The position numbers and the translations under genes were made by a program. Under the pieces are notes generated by a model. The model searched no databases, was not told the DNA's origin, and saw only the letters and a program-made list of their open reading frames with translations. From Yuukianura sp. NJ FZ-2021 (taxonomy: Eukaryota), in contig CM102290.1 in NCBI GenBank assembly GCA_046563655.1, positions 2,852,001 to 2,916,000 of the forward strand: a stretch of 64,000 bases of DNA, in the 5' to 3' direction. Below, in pieces: positions 1-12,943 of the stretch (positions are counted from its first letter, which is position 1; each line of letters opens with the position of its first letter).

Positions 1-837
1 GCCATTGGTTCCAACACTTTGTGTCAATTATGGTCAAAAGTGTGAAGAAATACATAGGCTTTTGTTTACTGTCAAATTATGGGCGGGGTTTTGGAAAATT
101 GTTGACGTTAAAAAGTAAAAAAAAAAAGAATTTAGGATTTTGACACTCACTCGCACACTCAATTATGAAGACCTAAAAAATTTTTGGTAAAAATTTGAAT
201 TCAATTTCACAGATTCCGCAAGGGAATGGACACAAATTTTTGTGTCAATAGTTTAGGCAAAAAAGTTTTAGTAAAAAAATGCTACAAAAAATGTGAAATG
301 TTGACACATTTTCTTTGTTTAGAAGAAAGAAAGGAAAGCTGTTGGAAATTTTCTATTTTAAGTAACCTCTGGTACAAAAGTACTAAAAATTGAAGGAATT
401 ACATAAACTTTGAACATTAGAATAAACAATTGTTAGGGTGATGATGTGTCGGAGTTGACCTTCCGAGTGACCTCTTTGAACGCAAACGCTAAAACTAAAG
501 TCTATTGTTTTATTTTTAAGGACTCTGGGAAATTGTTTATCTGTTCAAACGGACTATTAAACTGAGACGACATCGGACTTTGCTCCAGATCCCTTTTGGC
601 TAAAGAAAGTCAAGGCAAAAACGCATTTGGTCGGATATAGAACTGTGTCATCAACACAACTGGTCACACAAGACGCGTTGAGGCACCACAATCTACACTG
701 GTCACACACATCAAAGTCATTCGTTACGCCCAATTCCGCTTACACAGCAAACTAAAGTACTTCCTCTCGAAGAAATTGAGACCGAAAACTAAACAAAACG
801 AGACCAAATCCTAAGATTTTTATCAAAATTTTGAAAA

Positions 838-2580
838 ATGTCAGACGTAGGCATAACTGAATCGGTCACAGCAGCTCCAATTGTGTCCAGACCACTTTCA
901 CGTCACCTCTCCACACCACATTTGGAAACATTCCGTGTCACACGATCAGCCAGCAGCGTCACTCCAGTAAACAACTACGTCCAGCCCTATGGCACTCAGA
1001 CGCCAATGACGTCATTCGGTACATTCGGTTCGACTAAAAGTAAAGGCAGCGTTTGTCCAATTCAAGACGATCCGAATCCATATAGCGTCAGTAAAATTGA
1101 TGAATTTCGAATTCAGCTTCAAAATCCGTACCGAATGAGAACAAAATCCACCAATCAGATTAGTAGTTGCTCAGCATCAGAGCGCAGTAGCAGTGCCCAC
1201 TACTACCAAGAACTGGAGGACTACGACGGTGGAGACGGAGACAATGATGCGGAAGGTGCCCTTCAGGAAAGTGTCAACGATTTGACTCACAAATTTGTTC
1301 ATCTGCCAAACTTCTACGCAAGAAGCAGTTCTGGTAAAGTGACTAATCTTATCGTAACATGTCAAAGTCAATTGATTAAAACAAGAGTGCCAGGTATTAC
1401 ATAGGTTGAGGTAGTGAATCAGTCTTCAAAATACCACTTTTTGCAAAATAACGAGTTTCGAGTAACGTTGTTTTTCAAATTCCGGAAATTCCTTTTTTGA
1501 ATACATTTTTTTGAGAAAAATGGAAGGTAATGCGTCTTTTTTGTTTCAAAGCACTTCATTTTTTTTTCTAGAAAAAATGGAAGACAAGAAAAATTAGCCA
1601 AATTTTTTGACATGGAGGATTTTTTTGTCTAACTTTTTTTTTTCTTTTGATTAATTACAGGCGGATATGAAGAAATTCTGGATGCTGAAGGAGAGCTGAG
1701 TGGCGCAAGTTCTGAGGAATTGCCTCCACCTCCAAGCGAATCTTCTGAAGAGTATCATCATTCCCTAAGTATCGCGACATCTTCTGGGTCAGAAGGCATG
1801 AGTCCAATTCCACGAGATTTCAGTGACCCCGAAGCCCTCCCATCTCCGCCCCGAACCACGCCGACTTCAATCTCCCGCCAAGATCTGTTCCGTATTGAAC
1901 TGGCTCTCAAGGGACGCAAAACTGATATCTTCGTCTGCGATTCCCTGGCTAATCTGTACTACTTGAAGCCCAAGACGCCCGGAAGATCAAACAGCTCCAG
2001 CGGAGCATCGACTCCATCAGTGTCACCGGGCGCAGGGACAGTACAAAATGAGACTGAAGACTGGATGCTCAAGTACACCGGAGTTCCAGTACTTCTTTTG
2101 GACACGGGAGAAACTAAAAGTCGAGACAAGCGGAAAATTCAGCTTGTTTTGGCAGAACTTGGATCGGGATTGGCCCTTTGGAAAGACACGATTGACCACT
2201 TGAGCAACTACAGTGTATCTCCTGGCGACACTCCGACATTCCATACAATGCATCTTTCCTTTGACCATACGAAGGTCGTTGGTTTGTCTTTTGACAACAG
2301 CGACAGTGCTCACTTGTTCTGGAAGAGAATCGATAACTTAACATCGGATTTTGCAAATATTTCCTTGTCTGGATCCAAGCATAAGGGCAAAGGCAAGGAC
2401 AAGAAGAAGCGACCAGGCGACAAGTGGGTTCGACCGAACAAAAAAGACATATCGCAACCTTGTGCCTTCCAGCACGTCGCCACGTTGAGTAACAAAGACA
2501 AAGGCCTCTTTTCTTCTCTGCAACATTTTGTCACTGGAAAACCAGAAGTAGTCACACCGCCCCCAAGCTTGCCACACTAA
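838..2580 (+). CDS. WH1/EVH1-like domain protein with C-terminal CRIB-like motif (resembles Drosophila MESR3); 2 exons, 838-1333 and 1661-2580
   Basis: GT-AG intron 1334-1660 joins ORF 838 in frame with ORF 1720 (G|GC). WMLKYTGVPVLLLD...GLSFD...AHLFW resembles a WH1/EVH1 fold; KKDISQPCAFQHV resembles CRIB ISxPxxFxH. Confidence 0.7.
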
Positions 2581-3044
2581 AAAAAATTATACAACTAAAA
2601 TGCTCCATTAAAAGCTAAAGCAATTTAGTTTTGTACAAAAGACTGAAGAATAAGCGGTATCTACCAATCATATTTATGTAAAAAATTGTCAACTCCATTA
2701 ATTTACTGTCCGGCGCCATTTTCAAAAATGGACAAGTTTCCTGTAACTTCCAGCTAACAACGATACGACATTTCATCTGGATAGATTCCCACATGCAGAA
2801 CCAATTTATATCCTTGTTACCATTATATTTTACTAAATGATGTTGATTAACATTTGACTCCAACTTTGAGTAGTATCTTCACCATTTTGAATTATTTACC
2901 ACAGTCGAATGGGAATAAAATAATTTTAATTGTGTTACTACAAATTACTTTTAATTATATTTTAATTATGTTACATTTCAGGTGTCAAAAAAGCATTTAA
3001 ACAGCATAGTAGCATTTATTATGAAAGGATGCGTTGACTTTAAA

Positions 3045-3347
3045 TCATATACATAAGGCACTATTGTGCGTACGTCTGTTTGTCCTCTCTATGGATCTGG
3101 CTCAAAGTCGGATCTCGGATTCCTCGGATTTGTATCCACCCTCTGTGCGCATGACAATTTAGTCCTCTTATAAAACGCAAGGGTTGAAGTAAACTAAATA
3201 CTAACTAATTGTACCCAATTCTGGTTGGTCGATCTTTTTGTTAATTTAACGACTGGGATATCGTTTTTTTTAAAATTAATTCGTCAAACTGGTACGTACG
3301 CAACAGTCAAGAATCTTTGGCTGGCCAAAGGCCAGCCAAGATTCTTG
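3045..3347 (+). mobile_element. Non-autonomous Helitron-like element (~303 bp)
   Basis: Starts A|TC and ends CTTG|T. GC-rich hairpin GGCTGGCC-AAA-GGCCAGCC just before the 3' end; GTCTGTTTGT tract near the 5' end; short subterminal inverted motif TGCGTACGT/ACGTACGCA; no TSD. Confidence 0.6.
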
Positions 3348-4145
3348 TATAAAATAAAACAATTGAATCTCAAGTTTTAAGTTAAAGTGAAAGTGAAAGA
3401 TTTTTATTCATTTTCACAAAGTGAAAATGAATAAAAAAAATTTTAATACAGGCAGATGTGAAGTTGCCCAACGATGTAGGATAACTTTTGCGTACGAACC
3501 GGTTGACTTAATCGAATTACAGGTATTGTTACCACCGCTAGTAAAAACTAGCAAACTAGTAAAAAAAAGTAAACCACCACTGCCGATCAACTTTATAACC
3601 ACCAAGTAGTTACCGCAAGTGCTTCAGAAAATAACACTGCCACTGTCTCAATGTGTCCACTTATCGTACTAACTAAATGGTTATAAATACGGTGACACGG
3701 TGGTTACGATTACGAATCGTATCAAACTGTTACCATACGGTGTTAACATAACAGCAACTTCGCCTTAGTTCAACCGCAGAAGGTTCTAGAAAAACATACG
3801 GACAGAGAAGAACAAACCATTGTCCAGTCCGCTAAGGGAAACAGCACGGGGGTTTCGGTAGAGGTTATTTGCAAGTTCACCTAATTTTGCTGTCTTGACT
3901 TGACGTTAATTTACTTACGATTACTTCGTACATAACTAATTAACTAACGTAAAGACGGTAACAACAAGGCAGAGCCTAGGATTCAAGACACATTACCAAT
4001 ATACACTCGTTTAGCAGCAGTGTTTTCAGGTAACCAGTTTACGGCAGGTTATCTTTTCTAAATATTAATTCTCACATTCCAATCCAATTCTAACTGACAT
4101 TTTATTGTCCAGCAGTACACGTACAAATACTACATATAAAGAACA

Positions 4146-5940
4146 ATGCAACAGCAGGCCAGCGGACCAGCATTGATTCAAGATTCAAGCTCCGACTCGG
4201 ATTCGGAGGGTCGACCTCGATGGGTTACCCCTCCTGGCCGCCCCCCTCTGCCTAAGTATCCGGAAAGTTATCCAGATCCTCAAGGCCTTCTTTACGAGCT
4301 CAACACAATGCTCCTTTATGGACATGGAGCTCTACGGCGACATTTGGATGAATTTGCATTGGAGGATAAGATGGAAGCCGAGGCTGCTGCGGCTGCTGCC
4401 GCTCTGAAACGAAAGTCTGAACCTGACGAGGGTGACAACCAGCCTCCCATGAAGCATGCTAAACTGGACAATGATGCGATATCAGACGAGATGGGACAAA
4501 TGGAAACCACAGATCAGAACTTAAACAATCCGAAACAGAAAATGGGGCATGATTTTGCTGCAGATGTTGGAGACTGCCCCGCACCGGAGGAGGTAAAATG
4601 CAGCGCAGTCGTGGAATTGATGGAAGGATTGGATGACGTGGCCGTTAAGAAGTACCATGTTCAGCCTAAAGCTATAGAGATTGAACAAGTCAAGAAGGTT
4701 GAAGTTTTCCTTCCGCAAAAGGTAGGGGCAACTGGCGTAGATACTGGGGACACAATCGACAGGTTGGGTCTGGGTATGCTTGAATTGGAAGTCACGACCA
4801 AAATCGAACAATGCGTTGAATCTACTACACGTCCTACACCAATTCCGATGTCGTCTGATTTGGTCGCTGATCTGTTCAGGATTTCGGATAGTACCTTCTT
4901 CATGGTCATGTCCACATTTGGAAGTAAACTTGGACACGAAAACTTGTGTATTCTTGTAGACTACGTCATTGGGATCGAACTTCAGGAACCTGGTGTCAAC
5001 GATGAGAAGATAAAGGCGATTCTTCATCACGGATTTCTGCCACAGGTTGTTTTTCATTGCAGTTCTGATCTAATAGTAATTGATTAATAACACATACTGA
5101 GTATTTCGTTTGACATGTCATCTCTTTTCATTACAGATGGCGGCTTCCAGTCGTTCCATTCGTTTCCTTGCCAATAGTTACATGAAGCTACTCGAATGCA
5201 AGGAAGATCTTGTCATGGATCAGTTGTACGTTCCATTGCTTCTATCCAAAGGCGTACTTATCAGATCCATGTTCTCCAATGTGAATACTCGCAAGCTATT
5301 GGCGTAAGTGCACTACTTCTATTATTGTCAAGCAAGTCTTAGCTTCAGTTGAGGCTGAAACTTAGTTTGAATGGTATTATCACCTAAACTAATTATACGC
5401 TCTTTGCTTTTTTTTGTAAAAACTAGGAAAGTTCTTGCTTATGTGATCGAACACAGCTTGATATTGGAGGGACACACTCTTGCAGTGGTCGGATTTTGTC
5501 TCGAGAAGGAGAAAACACTTTCGGCATGTGCCGTTGGTGCACTGTTTCATTCTCTCAAGCGATCATCTGGATATGGAATGAGTCAGGAACTTGGCGCCTT
5601 CTACTTTTTCCTGATCAGACGGTTCCTGCTCACATTTCGTCTAGATGAGCTACAAATGCTGCATAGCCTTAACAACTACAATGGTGCAGTTGGGAAGGAC
5701 GTAATTGATAAAATGATGCAAGGCCGTATACAGGAGTTGCTTGCTGCAGGTCAGTCACCAGTCCCTACCAACTACCAAATGTGTGTCTGGAATCCAGAGA
5801 ATGCAAGTCTAACCAAGTACATGAACGTCCAACATTGCGACTGCACCAACGGTAACGGTGGGCCCGTCCAACCACAATTTCCGACCACTTCAGGGAATGA
5901 TCAGGAGGACGATCTGGTTTGTCAGATGGAGGAAGACTAG
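4146..5940 (+). CDS. Putative FANCE-like protein (helical C-terminal domain), ~526 aa; exons 4146-5045, 5137-5303, 5427-5940
   Basis: Two GT-AG introns join three ORFs in frame. The spliced C-terminal half (FLPQMAASSRSIRFLANS...VMDQLYVPLLL...HTLAVVGFCLEKEKTLS) resembles the FANCE C-terminal domain as I recall it. Gene is well supported; family call is tentative. Confidence 0.55.
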
Positions 5941-6897
5941 CTTGCGTATTATGAAACCAATTTGGTACAAATAAGCTGCCCAGTTCTAAATTAATGTAAA
6001 TAGTTCTTATGGTTTGCATGAGTTCATTTTCAGATAACATCACATGAATGTTTCAACAAAGATTTTATCTTAATCATACTTAAGGCCTGTCTAAAGTAGT
6101 CAATGCTACTCGGTCAATTATGGTTGTGTTTACCAAGCCACTTCTGTTACTTTACATTACTACTTTATTAGTTAGCTTACACATTAGTGTTTTTTTCTGT
6201 TTACTTCTCATTGTATCTTGCGCGATGCTTACTCATAATTGTTATTCCTGTACAATGGTCGCTGGAACCAGTTGTGGAATGAGTAATGGGTGCTAAGAAC
6301 CCATCTACAGAGATATCTCCTTAGCGAATTTCAATCGGTTTTGTTAACTTGAGGTTTTTTGCATAATTTTGATACAGAGAGAGTTTTCACATTTTGTGAC
6401 AAGTATACCAATGTTGTTCTCAAAACTAGTAATAAAACCAAAAATTGCAATTTAATTGCGGTATTGAATTGCACGTTAAAAATTTCAACGCGTTATAAAA
6501 TTTCCAACTTGAAATCATGCCGTAATTCATACGGCAAATTAATTTTGTCAGCTTTTAGTGCCAAAAATCCCAATTACATAACCCATTTTTAAAAATTTGG
6601 AAAGCAAGAAGTTATCGCGTTTTTTTCGAAAAGTTTTTTTTATCTTATTTGAACAATTCAGTAACGATTTAGTATAAAATATTTGTAATGCAAGGATCTC
6701 ATGATATTACTAACATGACACTACTACTACCTAAAGGCAATAACAAATTGTAGAAATACTTGAGCACTCTTGAGCATAAAGCAATCAGCTACAAAAATAG
6801 ACTCGTACGAAGTTTAAATTGCAACTGATTTTATGTGATTCTTGAGCGTTGTTAACCCTGAGTTAAACTTTTATGCTGCCAGTGTTTTAGTCAGTTT

Positions 6898-8334
6898 TCA
6901 GCTACAACACACAGTATTTGAAGTGAAAACAATTAGAATGGCGGTAATCAGGAATGACAAGGCAGACGTGAGTTGGGCACCAGTGTTGCCATTGCCCAAG
7001 AGATGGTCACTTCTGCCCAGAGGGCGTCCTTGGTCAATGTCAGGCACAATCACTGGTCCTTGGTCTAGTTCAAACGGAAGATCCAAGTAAACGGAACCTT
7101 TCTGATTATACTGGATCCAATTGCGCAGTGCTTTCATGTTCACCGGATCATCTTCTACTGACCAAATTGTAAAAGTGCATTCCAACATTGTTTCGGTCAG
7201 GAGTCGTGCTAGTTGGTCCATGGAGTTTCGGGGGGTAATCAGTCCTGCTCGTACTGTCAAAGTAAAATTACTTACTTATACTTAAAAATTATTAAAATAA
7301 TTAACTTATTATATTAATTGTTATGTTTTTACCAGCAAATGTCACTGGGCCCTCCCACGAACTATCACGCAGAAGCTGTATCATTTCTCTCACGTGGTGC
7401 TCTTGGTATCCCACTCTTGAAGCTCTAATTGTTCTCAAATTTTGGATACTTTCACCTAAAATGTTAAAAATTTTGAAAAGTTTTTATATTTTTATGAAGC
7501 AGAATATCTTTTTTTGTACCTTTGTATTCTGCAATTTTGATATCGTCACGGCCATACCGAGTAGTCCAGCCCAGTGAAAGCGTTGCCAGTGGAAGGTACT
7601 GTTTTGCCAGTGAAATGAATAAGGGCCCATCAATTGGTTCCCGAGTAGCAGCCACTGGACCCTTAAGTACATCAGCGTTGAGCCAAACCGGGAAAGTGAG
7701 GTTGCCGGATTGAGCTTCACGGTTCAACCGTTTCAAAACTGGTTCCACAGCATCAATATCCTTGAAGTCTAACTTGATTCCTTTGCGAGTGTCATTGCTG
7801 TTCACCTCGAGAATTAAGTCCAGAAAAGTGTCAAAGGTCAAATCGGAGGTTGAATTTGGCGGGTGAGCCATTATGGGAACTTTGGTTCCAGATCCGTTAA
7901 TGGTTGTTCCCATAAGAATATCAGCTTCCAGCATCATCGCAGAGCCTTAAAATAAGAAAAATTAGAATTTGAAAAAATTGGAAAAAAAAATATTGTTACG
8001 AAATGACAATTTTTTCACCTTCAATTGCTTCTGTGAGCTTCTCGTGTGAATTGACCCCATGAGCCCAAGTAATTTTTGTTAGGTCATCGTTAATGTCCGG
8101 AAAGAATTCGGCGGCTTCAGGCAGTGACTCCGTCATACCAAAGTGGAAGCTGCTCATGAGCACTAAAGCAGTGGACAACAATTGTCCCAGTCCGAAAATG
8201 ACTAAAAACGAACACCAAAATTTAGCATTTTCGTTTTCAATTTAAGCGTCTATGTAAGTTTATGTCAAAATCTCACGTTTCAAGGGTTGCGGAGATCCAT
8301 TTGACCAAAAAGCTGACAAACGGACTCGACCCAT
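6898..8334 (-). CDS. FAM151: FAM151/menorin-like protein (PLC-like phosphodiesterase fold), 5 coding exons, hydrophobic N- and C-termini (possible signal peptide and GPI anchor)
   Basis: Motifs ITWAHGVNS, MMLEADI, PIMAHPP, GIKLDFK, PVWLNADVLKGP, LSLGWTT, VTFAVRA. In-frame GT-AG splicing from the ATG at 8334 to the stop at 6898. Confidence 0.88.
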
Positions 8335-10087
8335 ATCCGTGACCTGGCCTGACTTTTGTTTCGTAGAGACTGAGCTGCTGTTGTGCTTAAATCTGAAATC
8401 AAATTGAAACTAGTCAAAATGTTAACTTAACCTAAAGTTCCTGGACATTTCCAGACTGCCGAGACATGGCTTGACAGGCTTGGCGTGCTGCTCCCTAAAT
8501 TGTGATATCTACTGACTCAGGGAAAGAAGACAAGGACAGAGATGCGTAGTCAAACGGACCTAATCTGTAGTTGCTCTAGAAAATTAAAGGAAAAAAACGC
8601 CTGACTCCGTTTGCACAATTACTAAATTTGTGATATTTTAATCAACAAAGAACGAACCATTTTTAAGGACATCAAAAAACTACGACTCTACGCAACGACT
8701 CTGTTTTTTTCATAAATCGGAGACAAATACTGAGTCAGCAAAGCACCAAAAAGTAGCAAATAATTTATAGCGAATCATCACTTTCAGTGTATACGCAAAA
8801 TAAAGCATAAAAATTAACTAGTTTTTAGAATCAATGTCAAGTTAAAGACATAAAAGACAATTGACAAAAAAAATGAATGGAAGCTGGAAATTCCCATTTC
8901 TCATGCGCATTGTAACGTTGATAAAAATGTATTAAAATAAATAAAATATTAAAGAAAACTAACTGCTTGCTCTTTTGCCTTATCCCAAACCTTGACAAGT
9001 TGCGATTGAGACTATAATGTCCCTACGACGCCAAAGTTTTTGTTTAATGCAGTTTGTAAAAGACGCCGACGATTTCGCAACACAGCAAGCGTGGCTCCTG
9101 AGAAAAATGGCGACAAGGCGCCGTTTTCAAAAGATTTTGAATTCCATTTTCCGCGTTTTTTAAACTTTATAAAATAATTTAACCATTCAAGTTATGATCA
9201 TGACGTCACAGTTTTTGAAATGTCTAACCTTTTGCACAATTTAAAAATGGTACACTTGACATGAAGCAGTCTTTTCATTGAATTGAAACTAAAAAGTTAT
9301 CAAAAGTTAGAGGCCCATTCTAGACATAATGTCTTTCGTTTATACAGAATTTACTGAAATCATAAAATTTAAGTTCCTGGATAGCGGTATACGAAGATAA
9401 AAGAATGACCTCAACCTTAAGTGTAGTTACTGACCTTGTATTAACAAAAAAAAGTAAAGAATGACTTACGGTAAAAATCCATCAGTAGAACTACAACTTT
9501 TATGGTACAGTGCACAACCGGTAAAATATGGTCCAGTGATAGTAGAACACATTAGCACAGCAAAAACAAATGTTAGGTTAGGTTGTTTTTGCTTGAAGTT
9601 TCAACCCGCTAGTAAGTTTGATGACGCTTTTAGATCCCCTGGATTAATGGTAACCAAGTTGGTCGCTAATTCTGTCCAGGACGAAAGGCGTGGAGCATAT
9701 GTTGGATCCAATTGAAGTTTGTACAGTTTTGGCCCATTGACTCCGACTTCGTAAAGATGATGTTCCATAGTTGTTACATAACAAGAGGTGAACCAAATAG
9801 TATAATACATGCTACACGCACAGGATCCTCTTCATATCCGTTTCACGCATCCAAATTCCAAACCGAGACAAGCATACTACTATCTGTCTCAAGTGGTTTG
9901 TAAAAAATAGACAAAGCACTTGCCAGAGCTCATCCGGCTCGTTATTATCGTCATGTCTACTTCAAATTTATTCTTTCATTTCATAAAGAGCTTACATTTT
10001 GGAATTTTGAGTACGAAAGAAGGCTAATTTTGGCTGTAGAAAGAATTTGGGAGCTTGTGGTGATGCGAAAAATATGGAATTTTGATT

Positions 10088-11926
10088 CTACTTGGTTGCA
10101 GGGGTGTCACCTGCTGGAATAGCTTTTTCGGATTGAGCAGAAACCAGAGGAAGTGGCAGAGGACGGAGGTAGTCAGTGATGTTCAGAAAAGACCCAGTGA
10201 TCAAGTGGAGAAATTTCGGAGCCCGTTCTGGATCGATGTAGCAGCAGAGCAGACGCTTACTGACATAGTCTCCAACAGTAGCCAAATCTCCAACGACTTT
10301 TGATTCCTCGGAAGCAATAAAAGAAACTTTCTTCTGTTCATAAGTTCGGAGGTCCTTGGCAGGAAGCAGATTTGATTGAATTTTGAGTCCGATACCGTCA
10401 GTATAAAATTTTTCCATGAGTTGAGTGAGACGTAGAAATTCGTCTTCTTGTTCCTTGGCATCACGACAGGCAATGAAGACTTGGACATTTGATGACTGGA
10501 TAGTCCCTGGTCCATTGGGGTTCTTTTCATAAGATCGTCCGATTACAAAGTACCGGATAGGAAGATTTTTGTCGTTGTGCAGGAGGGATTGAGCAAAGAG
10601 GGCCAAGAAGGCTGGGAAACTGGCACCACCTACCAAATATGTTGCTTGAGCCAGAGCACTTGGACGAACTTTAGCCTGTAAAATATCAAAAACAAGTTAG
10701 AAAACAGGACACTTAATTGTTTCATAACAGTAATAAATCATAATCAGTAGTTTTAAATTGTTTTAAGCATAATGAACTCAGACAATGTAGGTAATATAAC
10801 ATCATACAAAATAGTTTTGTGCTTTGAATTTTTTGATTCTTACCTCTCTAATGCGAAGAAACTGATCAGGATCCAGACCGCTTCCTTCGAGTAAGATCCG
10901 TCTCACAAAGTCCACGTTTCCAGTCTCACAAAACCCGTGTTCCAGAAGATAATGTTGACTTTTTGTTGCAAGTTCCAGTTCAGCAACAGCACCAGTTCCT
11001 TTTGCAAACAATGGATATGGACCCACTCCTAGAAAACAAAAATTTAAGTAAAACAGAACTCGGTATACAAAATTTCTGAAGCAAAACTGCTTCAAATTCT
11101 CAGTTTTTGAATAAGATTTGGTATCATTGCATAATCAAACAATGTAGGTAAACAATCATCATAGATCTCAAAATTCGTTTAACTTTTCATCAACTTACTT
11201 GGAATATTCTCCCAGTAAAGATGATTCGGCTTAATCCAATGTTTTACACCCGGCGTCGGCGCCATTTCTCGAAGTTTCTCCACCTTATCACGCGGTGTCT
11301 TTGGGTCCAATGTGTTTGGAAGCGACAGAATCAGCTCAACCAATTCATCATTGACATTGTTGAACTTAGCGTTAGCCGTTCGCAGTTCCTCTCGTAGATT
11401 CTTCCCATTTTCGCGAAGTTTCTTGATCTCACTTGTGTCGACTGCGTCATCTTTGAGTAGCTTCAGCATCGCTTGTACCTTGCTGGAGTTCTCCTCCTTC
11501 TGTGCCTCAGCTTGACGGATTTGTACTCTGAGATCCTTGGCACTTTGGTAGAGCTCGGCGATGCGTGCAACCTTCATGCTTTTGGAGAGCTTTCGATGTT
11601 CAATGGACTCTGTGTATTCTTTGGTCATTGAGATGACTTTATCGACCTCCAGAACAGGTTGAACCCGAGCTACAAAAGAAAGTGAACACAATTATTGACA
11701 TCGTTCAAGTTTTAAAGGATCAATTTTAAGTGTACTAACCTGAATTTACGTAAGCAAAAGGAGACAACGCCCAGGTACCATAGCGACAAGTGTTGTCATA
11801 AGAACCAGGCTTGAAAGATGACTCCAAAACTGATGGATCGCGGCACAGGACTGGCGATGGCTTTGTATCGAAAACCGTCATGGCACGCGAAGGGATTATG
11901 ACGCGTTTTAACAGGATGCGTAACAT
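10088..11926 (-). CDS. Slimp: Seryl-tRNA synthetase-like mitochondrial protein (SLIMP-type non-catalytic paralog), about 4 exons
   Basis: Basic N-terminal presequence, coiled-coil arm ending LPNTL, GNVDFVRRILLEG, YLVGGASF, LPIRYFVIGRSY, VGDYVSKRL. Canonical SerRS motif-2 residues are degenerate, as in insect SLIMP. AATAAA on the minus strand at ~9967-9972. Confidence 0.82.
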
Positions 11927-12025
11927 GATTGTAAAATTAAGACTAATTAAGACTAATTTGTGTTTGCGTTGAAGGAACAGAATAAAAAATGTAGAAATAG
12001 ACGATAGTCAAACAGAGTAGAGCAA

Positions 12026-12491
12026 TTAAACGTCCATCGAGTCGGAAAGTTTTCGTTTCCGGGTATTTCTAACGGGCGGCGGTTCGTAGCTTCCTTGTCC
12101 AGCGGCTCTTTCTGACTCTTCAATTGTATACGGTATTTCCAGGGTGTCTTTCACTCTCTTCTTATGGACTTTGCCTCGGCGATGTTCGTCTAATGCCTGT
12201 TGTGTTATACAGTGTTTCCTGAACATGAAAAACAGAGACTTCAATTGTTGAATTTTTATTGAATGTTTTATGTCATATGATTCGGTCTTACGCGCAGTGA
12301 ACACAGTAGAATTGTCCGCCACCAGGTAGATCCAAGTCTAGAGGTTGATTTTCAAGTTGAAGTCTTCTTTCCGGAGCTAAATCTTCAAGAACAATTTGAT
12401 CAACGTCCCTCTTCCTTCGTTTCGTGCGGTACTTTTTCTTCTCAGTTGTGATTCCCTGATGATACTTCCTCCGTTTTGTTGGACCGGGCAT
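12026..12491 (-). CDS. ZNF593: Zinc finger protein 593 (Bud20 homolog, 60S biogenesis), 2 exons
   Basis: RRKRDVDQI...DLDLPGGGQFYCVHCA|KHC...H.RGKVHKKRVK...PYTIEESERAAG; GT-AG intron at ~12219-12290. Confidence 0.93.
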
Positions 12492-12943
12492 TCTATCAGT
12501 AACCTTGACAACGCGAAATGGTAAGTTTTTTCTCAGAGACAGAAGTATTTTAAGCGTCTCCCCGAACAACTCTTTATACGATGAATGACTTACAATTTAG
12601 CATTTAAACAACATGTTGAAGCCATGCCGCCACGACTACCTAAATTAAATTCTCACTCGAGCATCGAGAGGACACGACACAAAGGGATAATACCATGTGG
12701 TGAATTCGCGCTCACTCGTCGATCTTATTAGGTTTGTACAGCTTGTGCCAGAACGTTTAATTCAGTCACTTTGAGTTTAAGCGAAGCGTCAATGATAGAT
12801 AACCAACACGTTTTGTTTAAAGTGTTAAGACGGCTTTATTATTACGATTTATGGCTTTAATAATTTAATATTGCAGGGGTTTCGCCAGAGACACAGGCTC
12901 GTTCAATATCCTAGTAATTCTACCCATAAACGTATTTTCCATT

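Noticed and set aside
9461..9903. Short ORFs between FAM151 and SLIMP as a separate gene
   Set aside because: No recognisable motif; a minus-strand donor at ~9469 suggests a 5' UTR exon of FAM151 instead.
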